64,000 nucleotides of DNA from Myxococcota bacterium (lineage in GTDB: Bacteria > Myxococcota_A > Polyangia > Nannocystales > Nannocystaceae). Below, piece after piece: positions 42,164-52,261 of this stretch. The stretch is taken from positions 96,001 through 160,000 of the forward strand of contig JBCCWC010000004.1 of NCBI GenBank assembly GCA_039194325.1, given 5' to 3'. Under the pieces are notes generated by a model. That model was not told the DNA's origin. It ran no database searches and saw only the letters and a program-made list of their open reading frames with translations. Positions within the stretch are counted from its first letter, which is position 1, and every line of letters begins with the position of its first letter. The position numbers were made by a program, and so were the translations under genes.

Positions 42164-43159
42164 TCAGTGAGGCCGCCGCAAGAAACCCACGACCGCATGA
42201 ACGAAGCGCGGCCCGCAATTCTCCAGGTGCGCCGCGTGGTCTCCCCCGGCCACGATCACCCATGCCCGATCGGGGTCACCGAGCTGCGAGAACAACAGCG
42301 TCTGGTTGGCGATCGGAGCGTAGGGATCGCGCTCGCCATGGATCACGAGGGTGGGCGTCTTGACGGCGGAGGGGTCGAGTGCGTTCCACTGATCGGACGC
42401 CCGCCAGTCCATGCGCACCGGATCGGACGCGAGCGCGGCGGCCACGAAGCCGTCGATCCCCGCCTGCGAGATCGACCCGGGAATGATGAAATCCTCCGCC
42501 GCCGCCTTGGCGGTGGTCTTGCGCCGCTCGGGCTCGGGCAAGGGCGTGGGATCCGGATCGTAGGTGGCCCCGGGCTTACGCGGGTAGCCATAGAGGATCA
42601 CCGCGGAGAGCCGCTCGGGGTGACGCTGGGCGGTGAGCTGCGAGACTAGCGAGCCCAGCGACCAGCCCAGCAGCGCCGGCGGGGGCAGCGAGGGGTGACG
42701 CTTGCCCACCCAGGTGAGCACCTGCGCCATGTCGGCCACGGCTCGGTCGGGGGTGAGCCACTGCGAGGCATCACGGGGCGTGGCTCCGTAGCCTCGCTGG
42801 TCCACCGCGTAGACGGTCAGACCCTCGGCGACCAACGCGTCCATCAGCGAGCGAGACTCGCCCGGCACCTGGAGATCGAAGTCGGGCCGAGCGCTCCAGG
42901 TGCGACCGTGCAGCAGGACGATCGCGCCCCAGGGATCGGCGGTCTCCTTGCTCCACACCGCGATCGGGTGGCCCTCCACCTCCACGGTGTGGCGCGTCGC
43001 CTTGGATGTGGGCGTCCCCTTGGTGTCGCCGGCCGATCCCGACGCGCTCGCGGTACGGGCGGCCGAGGGCGGGGCCGAGGCGGTGGTGCTCGTGGACTCG
43101 CCGGTCACACAAGCGCCAAGCAGCACCAACGAAGGCAAGAATGTCCGAAGCGGTGACAC
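42164..43159 (-). CDS. Alpha/beta hydrolase lipoprotein
   Basis: LGAC lipobox, LLHG, DQRGYG, GWSLG, GERD and DHAAH motifs. Confidence 0.87.
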   Translation of the reverse strand: MSPLRTFLPSLVLLGACVTGESTSTTASAPPSAARTASASGSAGDTKGTPTSKATRHTVEVEGHPIAVWSKETADPWGAIVLLHGRTWSARPDFDLQVPGESRSLMDALVAEGLTVYAVDQRGYGATPRDASQWLTPDRAVADMAQVLTWVGKRHPSLPPPALLGWSLGSLVSQLTAQRHPERLSAVILYGYPRKPGATYDPDPTPLPEPERRKTTAKAAAEDFIIPGSISQAGIDGFVAAALASDPVRMDWRASDQWNALDPSAVKTPTLVIHGERDPYAPIANQTLLFSQLGDPDRAWVIVAGGDHAAHLENCGPRFVHAVVGFLRRPH

Positions 43160-43170
43160 GCCCTACCTCC

Positions 43171-44586
43171 TCAGTTGCCGTCGGCGGAGACGGTCCCCTG
43201 GCTGTCTTCTTCGATGATCGAGAACTCGATCCGCCGGTTGTTGGCGCGCCCCTCGACCGTATCGTTGGTGTCGATCGGCTGGTCGGGCCCGTAGCCGGCG
43301 GTCTCGATCCGGCTTTGGTCGATCCCATTGCCGACCATGTAGCGCTTGACCGACTTGGCCCGCCGCTGCGATAGGTCCACGTTGTGCCGGTAGCCACCGA
43401 TCGAGTCGGTGTGGCCGGTGATCCGCACGCGGATCTCGGGGAACTTCTTCATCACCTCGACCGCCTTGTCGATGTTGGCCCGAGAGCCCGGCTTGATGGT
43501 GGCCTTGTCGGTGTCGAACTTGATGCCCTCGATCACCCCGCTGAGCTCGGCGAGCTCGGGCGGCACCTCGTCGGGACACCCATCGGCGTCCTCGAACCCG
43601 TTACGCGACTCGGGCTGGTCGGGGCAGGAATCGGCCGGATCGGCCAGTCCGTCGCCGTCGCGGTCGTCGATGCAGACCTCCGGGCAGCCTCGCGGAGGGT
43701 TACCGAACAGATCGGGACAATAGTCGTCGCGGTCGAGGACGCGATCTCCGTCCCGGTCGCCCGCGGCAGGCCGAGGCTTTTCCTCTTGCTTCTCCTTGCG
43801 GCGACCCAGGGTCACCGACAAGCCCAGGAGGATCTCGGGGCTGGAGGTGATCCCCTCGCCCACGCCCAGCCGGTTGCTGACCACGTTGCGTACGTCGAGG
43901 CGCAGCATGATCCAGCGGTTGATGAAGAACTTGGCACCACCGCCGAAATGGATCGCCACGTCTTGCTCGCTACCGATCCCCTCGGGCGGACCGGCGCTCG
44001 CCACCCCCAGCACCCCGGTCCCGGCCAGGATGAAGGGCGTGATGCTCCACAGCCCCAGCTGCGCCACGAGGTGACCACGCACGGTCCACGCGGTGGCTCG
44101 CCCCTCGGAGTCGAGCGTTCGGGTGGGCATGGCCCCGCCTTCGATCTCGACGCCGAAGAAGCGCAGCGGGTAGTAGCCCGCCCGCACCCCGATCTCCGGG
44201 GCGACTACGCGCAGCAGCTGGTGGCCATCGTCGGGGAAGCCCTCGGTGGGGGCGAACAGCTCGAGGTGACGGCTGGGGAACCAGACCCCGCCGTAGACTC
44301 CGATCTCGGCCATGCCCCGCTGGGGCGCCCACCGGTAGATCCACTTGTCGGTGTCGCGCTCTTTGTTCTGCCCGCGCTCGGAGAAGCGCACGGAGGCCTG
44401 GCCATCAGCATCGGAGTCGCCGCCCAGCGAGGCCCCTCCGCTCGCGCCGGCTTCGGCCTCGGATCCGGCCTCGGATCCGGACGACTCGGGGGAGGGCTCG
44501 GGGGCGGGCTGTGCCGCGGCAACGCCGGAGATCCCGAGCGAGGCGGCGACGATCCAGGGATACGTCGAGTGAAGCATGGCGGTCAT
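43171..44586 (-). CDS. OmpA family outer-membrane protein with beta-barrel and TSP3 repeats
   Basis: Signal peptide, alternating beta strands, DRDGDRVLDRDDYCP and DGDGLADPADSCP repeats, FDTDKATI, GHTD, LSQRRAKSV and GRANNRRIEF. Confidence 0.92.
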   Translation of the reverse strand: MTAMLHSTYPWIVAASLGISGVAAAQPAPEPSPESSGSEAGSEAEAGASGGASLGGDSDADGQASVRFSERGQNKERDTDKWIYRWAPQRGMAEIGVYGGVWFPSRHLELFAPTEGFPDDGHQLLRVVAPEIGVRAGYYPLRFFGVEIEGGAMPTRTLDSEGRATAWTVRGHLVAQLGLWSITPFILAGTGVLGVASAGPPEGIGSEQDVAIHFGGGAKFFINRWIMLRLDVRNVVSNRLGVGEGITSSPEILLGLSVTLGRRKEKQEEKPRPAAGDRDGDRVLDRDDYCPDLFGNPPRGCPEVCIDDRDGDGLADPADSCPDQPESRNGFEDADGCPDEVPPELAELSGVIEGIKFDTDKATIKPGSRANIDKAVEVMKKFPEIRVRITGHTDSIGGYRHNVDLSQRRAKSVKRYMVGNGIDQSRIETAGYGPDQPIDTNDTVEGRANNRRIEFSIIEEDSQGTVSADGN

Positions 44587-44606
44587 GGGGTAACGCCAGC
44601 GATGAC

Positions 44607-45773
44607 TCAGCACGAGCACTCAAGCGTGACGGTGACGACCCCCTGTTGGATCGCATCGCACGCCGCCCCTTGCAAATTCAGGGTGGTCTCGTCCTGAACG
44701 ACCCATCCCTCGGCCTCGTCGAACGGGAATTCAACGTCGTTGACGGTCACCGAGCACAGCTCCTCGAGCCCGGCGGGCACCGGAGCGGCCAGGGTAAACT
44801 CGCAAGGTCGCAGGCCCGTCACGATGTCGTCGAAGGCCCCGACGAGCGAGGCCGTGTCGTTGGCCACGTAGAACGGTGCATCGGGATCGCCAGGCTGCTG
44901 GCCGACCCCCGCGTTGGCGAGATCTTGGAGGTGCTCCTCGGCGATGCCCGTGCCCACGCTGATGACGAAGGTACGGATCCCTTCTGCGAAGGCCGCGCTG
45001 ACCGCATCGACGGCCACCCCGCGTACCTCGTCGATCTCGGCCGGTTCCTGCGGATCGGGGATCTCACAGGTGTCGGGCTCACCATCGGTGGTGAGCACGA
45101 CGACCTTGTCACCCTCCCAGGGATCGTCGAGCAGATCGGCGATGATCTGCTCGAGGGATTCCCCGGTGGGGGTCTCGCCGCCGGGATCCTCCTCAATCAA
45201 TAGGGCCTCGATCTCGTCGGCCGCGTCGAGCTGCGGCGCCAGGGTGGTCACGTCGGGGCAGACGCCCTCCGCCGGACCATTGTACAGCGAGATGCCAAAG
45301 CGAATGTCCGACTGCAGCTGAGTCACCACCCCGCCCATCCCGACCAGGGTGTTCTCCATGGCTTCCCAGCGGGTGTCCCCGCCGTCGAAATCCTCGTTCA
45401 TGCTGCCGCTCTGGTCGACGACGAGCTGGAAGGTGGGGATCTGCGGCAGCAAGACCTCATCGAGCTCGGGGCACATCCCACCAAAGCCACCGGTGATGAT
45501 CCCGGTCTCGTCCACCGTGCTGGCCGTAGACGTGGCGTCACCTTGGGTGGGCTCGCCCTGCGTCGCGCCTCCGCTGCCGGCGTTGGTGTCGGTATCGGTG
45601 TCGGTGCCCGGGTTGGCGTCGGTCTCGACCTCGGGACATCCCCCTTGCGAGAGCCCGTCGTCGAAGCACGGATCGGCACAGCCGGCCGCACTCGTCAGCG
45701 CCGTACCTGCCCACAACAATGCCGCGGCAGTCCTTCGCCCGGCGCATCTCCCTCCTCGGCCATGTCCGCTCAC
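44607..45773 (-). CDS. vWA-domain lipoprotein
   Basis: AAGC lipobox, MIDAS motifs VVDQSGSM, GETPT and LTTDGEP, and a Cys-containing C-terminal domain. Confidence 0.88.
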   Translation of the reverse strand: MSGHGRGGRCAGRRTAAALLWAGTALTSAAGCADPCFDDGLSQGGCPEVETDANPGTDTDTDTNAGSGGATQGEPTQGDATSTASTVDETGIITGGFGGMCPELDEVLLPQIPTFQLVVDQSGSMNEDFDGGDTRWEAMENTLVGMGGVVTQLQSDIRFGISLYNGPAEGVCPDVTTLAPQLDAADEIEALLIEEDPGGETPTGESLEQIIADLLDDPWEGDKVVVLTTDGEPDTCEIPDPQEPAEIDEVRGVAVDAVSAAFAEGIRTFVISVGTGIAEEHLQDLANAGVGQQPGDPDAPFYVANDTASLVGAFDDIVTGLRPCEFTLAAPVPAGLEELCSVTVNDVEFPFDEAEGWVVQDETTLNLQGAACDAIQQGVVTVTLECSC

Positions 45774-46002
45774 CTGTACCAGGGTGGACGAGCCACTGCC
45801 GCTTGACCAGCGACTTCGAGGTCTTTGTTGCGCCCCTCGAACCGAGCGCGTTCACTTCGTGAGCCGAACTATGCTCCGCGCACCTTTGGGTCGCACGTTG
45901 AACGGTCGAATCCTACCTCGTAGGTCCCCGACGGGCCAGTCATGGGCTGAACGACGGCACCTTCACGAGAGGAAGCACCACCTTCCCCGTACAATCGTCG
46001 TC

Positions 46003-47157
46003 ATGCCCCAGGGCAAGGCACAAGGGGACACGCGCCTCGGGATCGCGGCCGGGGGCCTGATGACCGCTCTTTTGGCCTGTCGAGCCGCTCCGTCTCCGGA
46101 GCCCAGGCCGGTCGCGAGCGTGGTGCCCGAACTCGCCCCCACGCCGGCAACCTCGCGATACGAGCACCCCCGCAGTGACCCCGACGGGCCCTTCGACCCC
46201 GACTACCGCCTCGAGCCCCGGGGCGAGGCTCAGCAGATCGCGCTGGCGATCCTGCGTGACTGTTTGAGGCACGATCCCCCAAAGCGATGGGTGAACGCCA
46301 CCGTCACCATCGACCCCGAGCATGATTTCTTCGACATCGGCGAGTTCATCGACCCCGATCTCGATCCATCGCACCGACAGATCCCCGGCTCACTGTTCGC
46401 TTGTTTCGTGAATGGGGTGACCGACCGTCTCCCCGCCGGCTCGGCGTTCTCCCATCACGTGGAGCTGCGGTCTGCCCAGATCAAACGACTCAACGAGCCC
46501 GACCAGCTGCCCCCGCTGCCGCCCGTCGACGAGATCCCGCGCAGCTTCCAGTTCACACCCGAGCACTTTGACTCGCTGGCCAGCAAGCTCGTCGGGCCGA
46601 TCCACGCGTGCGCCAAGAAGACCGGCCTGGACCAAGACGTCGAGCTCGAGATCACGCTTGGCTGGGACGACCGGCAAACCATCACGACCGCGAGCGGGGC
46701 CCCGGACTCGACCTTGGCGTGCCTCGACGAGCAGATCTCGTGGCAGATCGAGCCGTACCTCGCGCCTCGCCATCGTCGGGGCGAAGCGCCGGCGACCCGC
46801 CGGGGGATCTATCGAGTGACCGTCGCCGATGCGTTCTACATCAAGCCGATCGCCACCCGGGCGGAGATCGTGCGACGGGTCGCGCAGCACCTCAACGACG
46901 CGTTCGCGAGCTGCCACCTCGACCCCGCGCCCCCGCGACAGAAGATCCATGTTGGGACGAACATGGGACCGGCGCTTCACTTCCGCTGGGAACCCAGTCA
47001 AGAGCTCGAGCGCCGGGCAGGCGCCGGCTGGTCGTGCCTGACGAGCAAGACCGGCGGGGATCGCCTCGGTCGCCTGTTCCCCGACCTGAGCCCCCCGGCG
47101 GGCCACCTCCGGCTGGAGGTCGCGCTGCCAACCGTGAGCGATGGCTCCGAACGATGA
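46003..47157 (+). CDS. Hypothetical lipoprotein with three Cys-paired modules
   Basis: LLAC lipobox and three helix-Cys...Cys-helix units. Confidence 0.62.
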   Translation: MPQGKAQGDTRLGIAAGGLMTALLACRAAPSPEPRPVASVVPELAPTPATSRYEHPRSDPDGPFDPDYRLEPRGEAQQIALAILRDCLRHDPPKRWVNATVTIDPEHDFFDIGEFIDPDLDPSHRQIPGSLFACFVNGVTDRLPAGSAFSHHVELRSAQIKRLNEPDQLPPLPPVDEIPRSFQFTPEHFDSLASKLVGPIHACAKKTGLDQDVELEITLGWDDRQTITTASGAPDSTLACLDEQISWQIEPYLAPRHRRGEAPATRRGIYRVTVADAFYIKPIATRAEIVRRVAQHLNDAFASCHLDPAPPRQKIHVGTNMGPALHFRWEPSQELERRAGAGWSCLTSKTGGDRLGRLFPDLSPPAGHLRLEVALPTVSDGSER

Positions 47158-47206
47158 CCGTGAACGAGGACCGCGAACGAGGACCGCGAACGAGGACCGC
47201 GAACGA
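47149..47206. repeat. 13-bp tandem repeat, about 4.5 copies
   Basis: GAACGATGACCGT, then GAACGAGGACCGC x3, then GAACGA, between convergent genes. Confidence 0.9.
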
Positions 47207-47225
47207 TAAACGGTAGAGCTGACGA

Positions 47226-47984
47226 CTACGATTGCTCCGACGGGGCCTCGATCACCTCGACGACCAGCTGCGCCGCCGCTCCCTGGGCCAGCCCGAACAT
47301 CAGCGGACCCACCAGGGGAATGGCCATCAAAAAGGACAGCGGCAGGCCGAACCCGACCAGCGCCGACCGATGCGCCGCCACGAACGCCCGCTGCTCGCCG
47401 AAGTCGAGCTCGAGCTTGTCGAGGTAAGGATCGAGCAATTCCCAGGCCAGGCCGCGCGCGCTGAGGTACCCCTGGAATACGGGACCCGCCACCTGGCCCA
47501 CGACTGGGATGAGCGACACCAAGAAGGCCAGCAGGCTCATGCCGAGAAACAGCAGCAGGCGCAAGATCGCAGCCACCGTGGCCTTGGCGATGGGCGTGCC
47601 CGGGAGGGCGGCCAGCTGCTCGGCCCGGGCCGGCGCGACCACCCGCATCGCGGCGATGAACACCCGCTCGCCGAGCAAGGGGAAGACGAGGTTGACCAGG
47701 GTGAGCGCAACCAGCGGGGCCACCAGCAGTACCACCCCGACCCCGAGGACCCGGGCGATCCACAGCCCGATCGTCGCCCACCACGAGGTGCCGCCGTCGA
47801 TGGGCGTGTAGTGCAGGATGGCCCAGACCCCGGCGAGATCGAGCGCGGCGACAACGAGGAACAGGACCGCGACCAGCTGGAGATAGGTCCGACGTACCTC
47901 GGGGCTTCGAATGGACACGCGGATCCCCGTCCACACGGACGACAGGCCGGCCATGAAGCGGGAGCGGAGTTCGGACGGCGGCAT
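47226..47984 (-). CDS. EI24/CysZ-like membrane protein
   Basis: Multiple TM segments, SLIPVVG, LAWELLDPYL, GFGL and AIPLVG motifs. Confidence 0.8.
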   Translation of the reverse strand: MPPSELRSRFMAGLSSVWTGIRVSIRSPEVRRTYLQLVAVLFLVVAALDLAGVWAILHYTPIDGGTSWWATIGLWIARVLGVGVVLLVAPLVALTLVNLVFPLLGERVFIAAMRVVAPARAEQLAALPGTPIAKATVAAILRLLLFLGMSLLAFLVSLIPVVGQVAGPVFQGYLSARGLAWELLDPYLDKLELDFGEQRAFVAAHRSALVGFGLPLSFLMAIPLVGPLMFGLAQGAAAQLVVEVIEAPSEQS

Positions 47985-48510
47985 GGCAGCAGGGTGAGCC
48001 GGTTGGCGCCGTCTCGCAACCGCGTCGGGGCAGATACTCACCTTCCTCGGCTATCATGCACGAGGATGAGACTCTGGAAGTTACCGTCGAGTTCACGCTC
48101 GCCGGGACCTGCTGGCGCCTCGAGCCCTCGCGACGGTCCGCGAGGTCGCCAATCTGATCGAGCAGTTCGGGCCGGGATATGCGCCGCTGCGGGCCCGGAT
48201 TCAGACCTGGCGGGCCGCGCACGAGCCGGGCTTCTCGCCGAGGAGCAGACCACCGAGCCGCGCCTCGGGCCACCGGAGTGATGACGAAAATCGACCAATA
48301 CGAAGGTCTCGGCCACGACGACCTCGTGATGACTCCGAAACCACTGGATAGAGTGCCGTTCGGCTGGCCGGCCGTGGTCACGACCTCGACGATGCATGTC
48401 CTCAGTGCGACTTCGTAGATCGTGATCGCGGCAACACGGCCGGCGTGTCGACCTGCCTTGCTCGTGACTACTTTGACCCTTCGCGCCTGGGGCAGCTAAC
48501 CTACTGTCGG

Positions 48511-49449
48511 ATGAGGCCCCCAACAGCGAAAACCGACGGGTTACCGTTCATCAAAGCGGCTCGCGAGGCGGGCATGCTCCCTCAGCCCGACGATATTCCG
48601 CTATCGGTCTATAAAGACCCGACAAAGGAGTTGGAGAACGTAGAGCTCGTAGAGAACGCAAAGCTCGTAACACGCAGCCGTTCTCTCGACGCTGATCGAG
48701 CGGAACCTGACTTCAGCGATACACTGAGCAGTCTCATTCACCAAGATGAAGCAAGAATTCTCTTGCGCCGTATTGGATTTCCGCCACATCGAGTGCCCGG
48801 ACATTCAGGCAACCCGAGTCAATTCTGGCTCGATGTCATCGAGCAGCTCAGTAGTGGGTTGATCGAGCGAGGCCTCCTCCTACTCGCAGATGAAGCCCTT
48901 CGCCGTTACCCCGACAACAAGGTCTTTCAACATCATGTCGAGCTGTACTCTGACCTCTACTCCCGCGTCGGAGGACCCCATCAAATACCGCCAGCCGAGC
49001 TCGAGCCGCCGCCTGCATCCAATCGTTCCAACTTCGCCGGCACACGACCACCACGACTCGAAACCGAACACCCCGCGAATGAACTCGCATCATTTGCGAG
49101 GAATTCCGCCGAACGACATCGACTTGCGTATAAGATGCAGCTAGTCTCCGTGGGCGTAGTAGGAGGAATGATCATCGGCATGCTCGGCACCGCTGTCTAC
49201 TGGATAACAACGGACAGAATCGCATACGGGGCCGTATTTGGCGCAGGAGGAGTCGGTGCCGCCATCCTCGGCAAGCTGAAATGGGAACCATTCGAGCGTC
49301 TCACAGAACTTCGCCGAGTCGCAGATTCGGCGGAATTCGTCAGCCTATCAATGCGCCGCAGCATGCAACACATCGACGCAATCGAAGACCCAAAGGAGCG
49401 TCTTGCGGAAGAGCGTAAGCTCGTTCGCGAGTACATTTCGCTCCAGTAA
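48511..49449 (+). CDS. Effector-associated domain (EAD1-like) protein with C-terminal two-TM module
   Basis: ARILLRRIGFP..RVP...PSQFWLDVIEQLSSG...GLLLLADEALRRYPDNKVF, plus two hydrophobic helices. Low GC. Start uncertain (GTG 48445, ATG 48511 or ATG 48574). Confidence 0.7.
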   Translation: MRPPTAKTDGLPFIKAAREAGMLPQPDDIPLSVYKDPTKELENVELVENAKLVTRSRSLDADRAEPDFSDTLSSLIHQDEARILLRRIGFPPHRVPGHSGNPSQFWLDVIEQLSSGLIERGLLLLADEALRRYPDNKVFQHHVELYSDLYSRVGGPHQIPPAELEPPPASNRSNFAGTRPPRLETEHPANELASFARNSAERHRLAYKMQLVSVGVVGGMIIGMLGTAVYWITTDRIAYGAVFGAGGVGAAILGKLKWEPFERLTELRRVADSAEFVSLSMRRSMQHIDAIEDPKERLAEERKLVREYISLQ

Positions 49450-49560
49450 TCGCTCACGCGGCCTGCGGCGAGGCCCTCGCGCTCGGCATCGTGCCCGAGA
49501 CCGGCCGAGGCTCGTCGAGCGACAGACCCACCGAGTCGCGAGCCAACCGCGCCCTCGCCC

Positions 49561-50505
49561 CTACCGCGAGGGCCCCAGCGGATCCAGGAACTCCTTGAGC
49601 CGCGCGTTGACCTTCGCCGGTCGGTCCACATGCACGCAGTGGCTCCCGTCGTCGATCGGATCGAAGCGCAGATCCGGCGCCATACGGGTCGAGGGGCGCC
49701 CGTAATCGATGCCCAGGTGGCGATCGCGGATCCCCCAGATCACCTGGACCGGCTTGTTCACGGGCCGCATGGCCCGGCGCAGGGCCAAGGGGTTACGCCG
49801 CAGCAGCGCCCGATAGTAGTTGATCGCGGCCCGCGGAGTGCCGCCGGACATCGCCTGCATATAGCGATCGATATCCGACTCGGAGAACGCCCCCTCCCGC
49901 TCGGGATCGCTGCGGAACAACTCGCGTAACGCGGCCCCCTCGTCCTTGACGAGCGCGCGCTCGGGCAAGAAGGGCAGCTGAAAGTACAGCATGTACCAGC
50001 TCTTGCGCACCTGCGCACGGCTGCGCATCATCGCCAGCTGGTGCTCGGGATGCGGGCAGTTGAGCACCGAGAGCCGGGTGAGCCAGTCGGGGTGCAGCAT
50101 GCTGAACCACCACGCCACCATGCCGCCCCAGTCGTGACCGACCACCGCCGCCTCGCGCTCGCCGAGCCGGTCGATGAGCTGGACCACGTCGGCGGCGAGC
50201 CGCTCCACGCGGTAGGCTCGAACCCCGGTGGGCTTGTCGGAGAGGTTGTAGCCGCGCATGTCGGGCGCGACCACGCGAAAGCCCTGGCGCACGAGCACCG
50301 GGATCTGAAAGCGCCACGAGTACCAGAACTCGGGGAAGCCGTGCAGCATGACCACCAGGGGACCCTCGCCGGCCTCCACCACGTGGAGCCGCACCTCGTC
50401 GAGCTGTACGTAGCGGTGCGAGACGAAGTCGTCGTTCCAGGGGATCAGCTCTGGAGCGAAGCGCGAAGACGAAGGCGAGGGCGGCGACGACATCGGGTGC
50501 TTCAT
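49561..50505 (-). CDS. Epoxide hydrolase-like alpha/beta hydrolase
   Basis: HGFPEFWYSWR, PDMRGYN, GHDWGG, SWYM, NYYRA, WGIRD and SHCVH motifs. Confidence 0.9.
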   Translation of the reverse strand: MKHPMSSPPSPSSSRFAPELIPWNDDFVSHRYVQLDEVRLHVVEAGEGPLVVMLHGFPEFWYSWRFQIPVLVRQGFRVVAPDMRGYNLSDKPTGVRAYRVERLAADVVQLIDRLGEREAAVVGHDWGGMVAWWFSMLHPDWLTRLSVLNCPHPEHQLAMMRSRAQVRKSWYMLYFQLPFLPERALVKDEGAALRELFRSDPEREGAFSESDIDRYMQAMSGGTPRAAINYYRALLRRNPLALRRAMRPVNKPVQVIWGIRDRHLGIDYGRPSTRMAPDLRFDPIDDGSHCVHVDRPAKVNARLKEFLDPLGPSR

Positions 50506-51167
50506 TCTACGGCAGGCAGAGGATCGCTGCGCAGGCGAAGCTCAGCCACCGCTCGTGCCCACTGCTGGGGGGTATTGCAGCCCTCCACCACGCGCGGCTG
50601 CGGGAGCGTCTGCACCGGGATCCGGCGGGCGTCCAGGGCCAATAACAGCGCTCGCGCGGCTCGCTGACCCGATAGGAGCAAGGCCCGGGCCTCGGACCAG
50701 GCGACCTGCACCCGCACCGCACTACACAGCGGGTGCAACACGCGCGGGCGATCTGCGGCCGGCTCGGTCTCGGGCACCACCGCCGCAAGCTCCGGCTCGC
50801 GCAGCAAAAAGCGCAGCACGAAGCGCACGTGCTCCGCATCCAGCCAAAGCGAGTCACACGGGGCCAGGCACGCCACGTCGACCTCGCGCTGCGCGAGGTG
50901 GTGAAGGCCCGCCGCCAACCCCGACAAGGGGCCCTCGTGATCCCGGTCGACCGGGTCGTCGCAGCGCTCGACGCCGGGGGGTAGTGCGGGCAGCGACTGC
51001 CCCAAAGAGCCGACCACCACCACGTGGTGCACTCCTGCGTCGAGCCCGGCTCGCACCACCCGAACGAGCGCTGCCTCGCCGTCGACCTCCAGCCAGGCCT
51101 TGTCCCGCCCCATTCGCGAGGAGCGACCCCCGGCGAGCACGAGCATGCCCTGTCGATTCCCCGCCAC
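50502..51167 (-). CDS. mobA: Molybdenum cofactor guanylyltransferase-like protein
   Basis: VLAGGRSSRMGRDKA, EGPLSGL, APCD, HPL and NTP motifs. Confidence 0.8.
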   Translation of the reverse strand: MAGNRQGMLVLAGGRSSRMGRDKAWLEVDGEAALVRVVRAGLDAGVHHVVVVGSLGQSLPALPPGVERCDDPVDRDHEGPLSGLAAGLHHLAQREVDVACLAPCDSLWLDAEHVRFVLRFLLREPELAAVVPETEPAADRPRVLHPLCSAVRVQVAWSEARALLLSGQRAARALLLALDARRIPVQTLPQPRVVEGCNTPQQWARAVAELRLRSDPLPAVE

Positions 51168-51309
51168 CAACGGGAGGATCGCCCAACGCGCCCGCCGGGT
51201 CGAGCCGAGACCCCCAAACACCCCGACACGATGCGACCGACGGCGCGTACCGGACGCTCGCCCCCACGTGCTACCGTACTCTCGGCTCGATGACCGAGCC
51301 CTGGACATC

Positions 51310-51687
51310 ATGAAGCTCCGGATCCTCGACGACTCGCTCCGCCTGCGCCTACCCCAGCGCGAGGTCAAGCAGCTACGCGACACGGGCCGGGTGGAAGCGG
51401 CGATCCGCTTCGGGCCCGGCCCCGAGCAACGCCTCGTCTACGCCCTCATCGCGGTCCCCGAAGCCCAGCGGATCAGCGCCACCCTCACCGATCGAGAGAT
51501 CGCGGTCCACCTGCCGCAGTCGGTCGCTCACGCCTGGGCCGACGGCAACGAGGTGAGCCTGCGGGGCGAGCAATCGCTGGGCGATGGCACGCTCACGCTG
51601 CTGGTCGAGAAGGACTTCAAGTGCCTCACCCCCCGCGAAGGCGAAGAAGAGTACGACGGCTTCGCCAACCCCAACACCAGCTGCTAG
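51310..51687 (+). CDS. Conserved hypothetical protein (DUF7009-like)
   Basis: MKLRILDDSLRLRL at the N-terminus and LLVEKDFKCL...FANP at the C-terminus. Confidence 0.72.
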   Translation: MKLRILDDSLRLRLPQREVKQLRDTGRVEAAIRFGPGPEQRLVYALIAVPEAQRISATLTDREIAVHLPQSVAHAWADGNEVSLRGEQSLGDGTLTLLVEKDFKCLTPREGEEEYDGFANPNTSC

Positions 51688-51748
51688 CCAGTGCCGCAAG
51701 CCAGTGCCGCAAGCCAGTGCCGCAAGCCAGTGCCGCAAGCCAGTGCCG
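51686..51748. repeat. 13-bp tandem repeat, about 4.8 copies
   Basis: Unit AGCCAGTGCCGCA, starting within the stop codon. Confidence 0.92.
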
Positions 51749-52261
51749 GCATGCATAGCTAGCCCGCGACGATGCGCTCGCCGCCCGCGTAGACGCTCGC
51801 CCGCTGCCCTCGCAAGAACGCAACGAGGGTGAGGCCCGCTCGCTACGCCAGCGAGATCGCCAGCGACGAGGGAGCCGACACGGCCGCCCCCCGTGCGGGC
51901 AAACACGGTCTGGGCCGCCTCGAGCTCGCCCGGCAGCGCAATAGAGCCGAGAGATCTCGACGCGACTGCCGTCGACCACCGGTTTGTGGCGTGGGGTCCA
52001 AGAACCCCATTCCTGTTCCTGCCTCACGGAAGATGTCCCCGCTCACCGATTGCGCACGAACGAGCCGAGGACACGCGCGTAGGCGATCCCCCGTGGGGCG
52101 AGCCCGCAGGGGTGCAATTCGGGGGATGTCCGCCGTTGACGCGGAGCAACCCACCCGCGCCGACCCGCCCTACCAACCCCGTGTCGACCTCGGATCCGGC
52201 GCCGCATCTCACGCATGGATCCGGAGCGAGGGCCGCCGCCGGTCCTCGTGGCTTTGTCCCC

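Noticed and set aside
43171..44586. Naming this gene traB
   Set aside because: The upstream gene is a vWA lipoprotein rather than a TraA-type Cys-rich MYXO-CTERM protein, and the architecture is common among paralogs.
48038..48445. Short ORFs upstream of the EAD1-like gene as toxin or transposase remnants
   Set aside because: No recognisable motif, terminal inverted repeats or target-site duplication.
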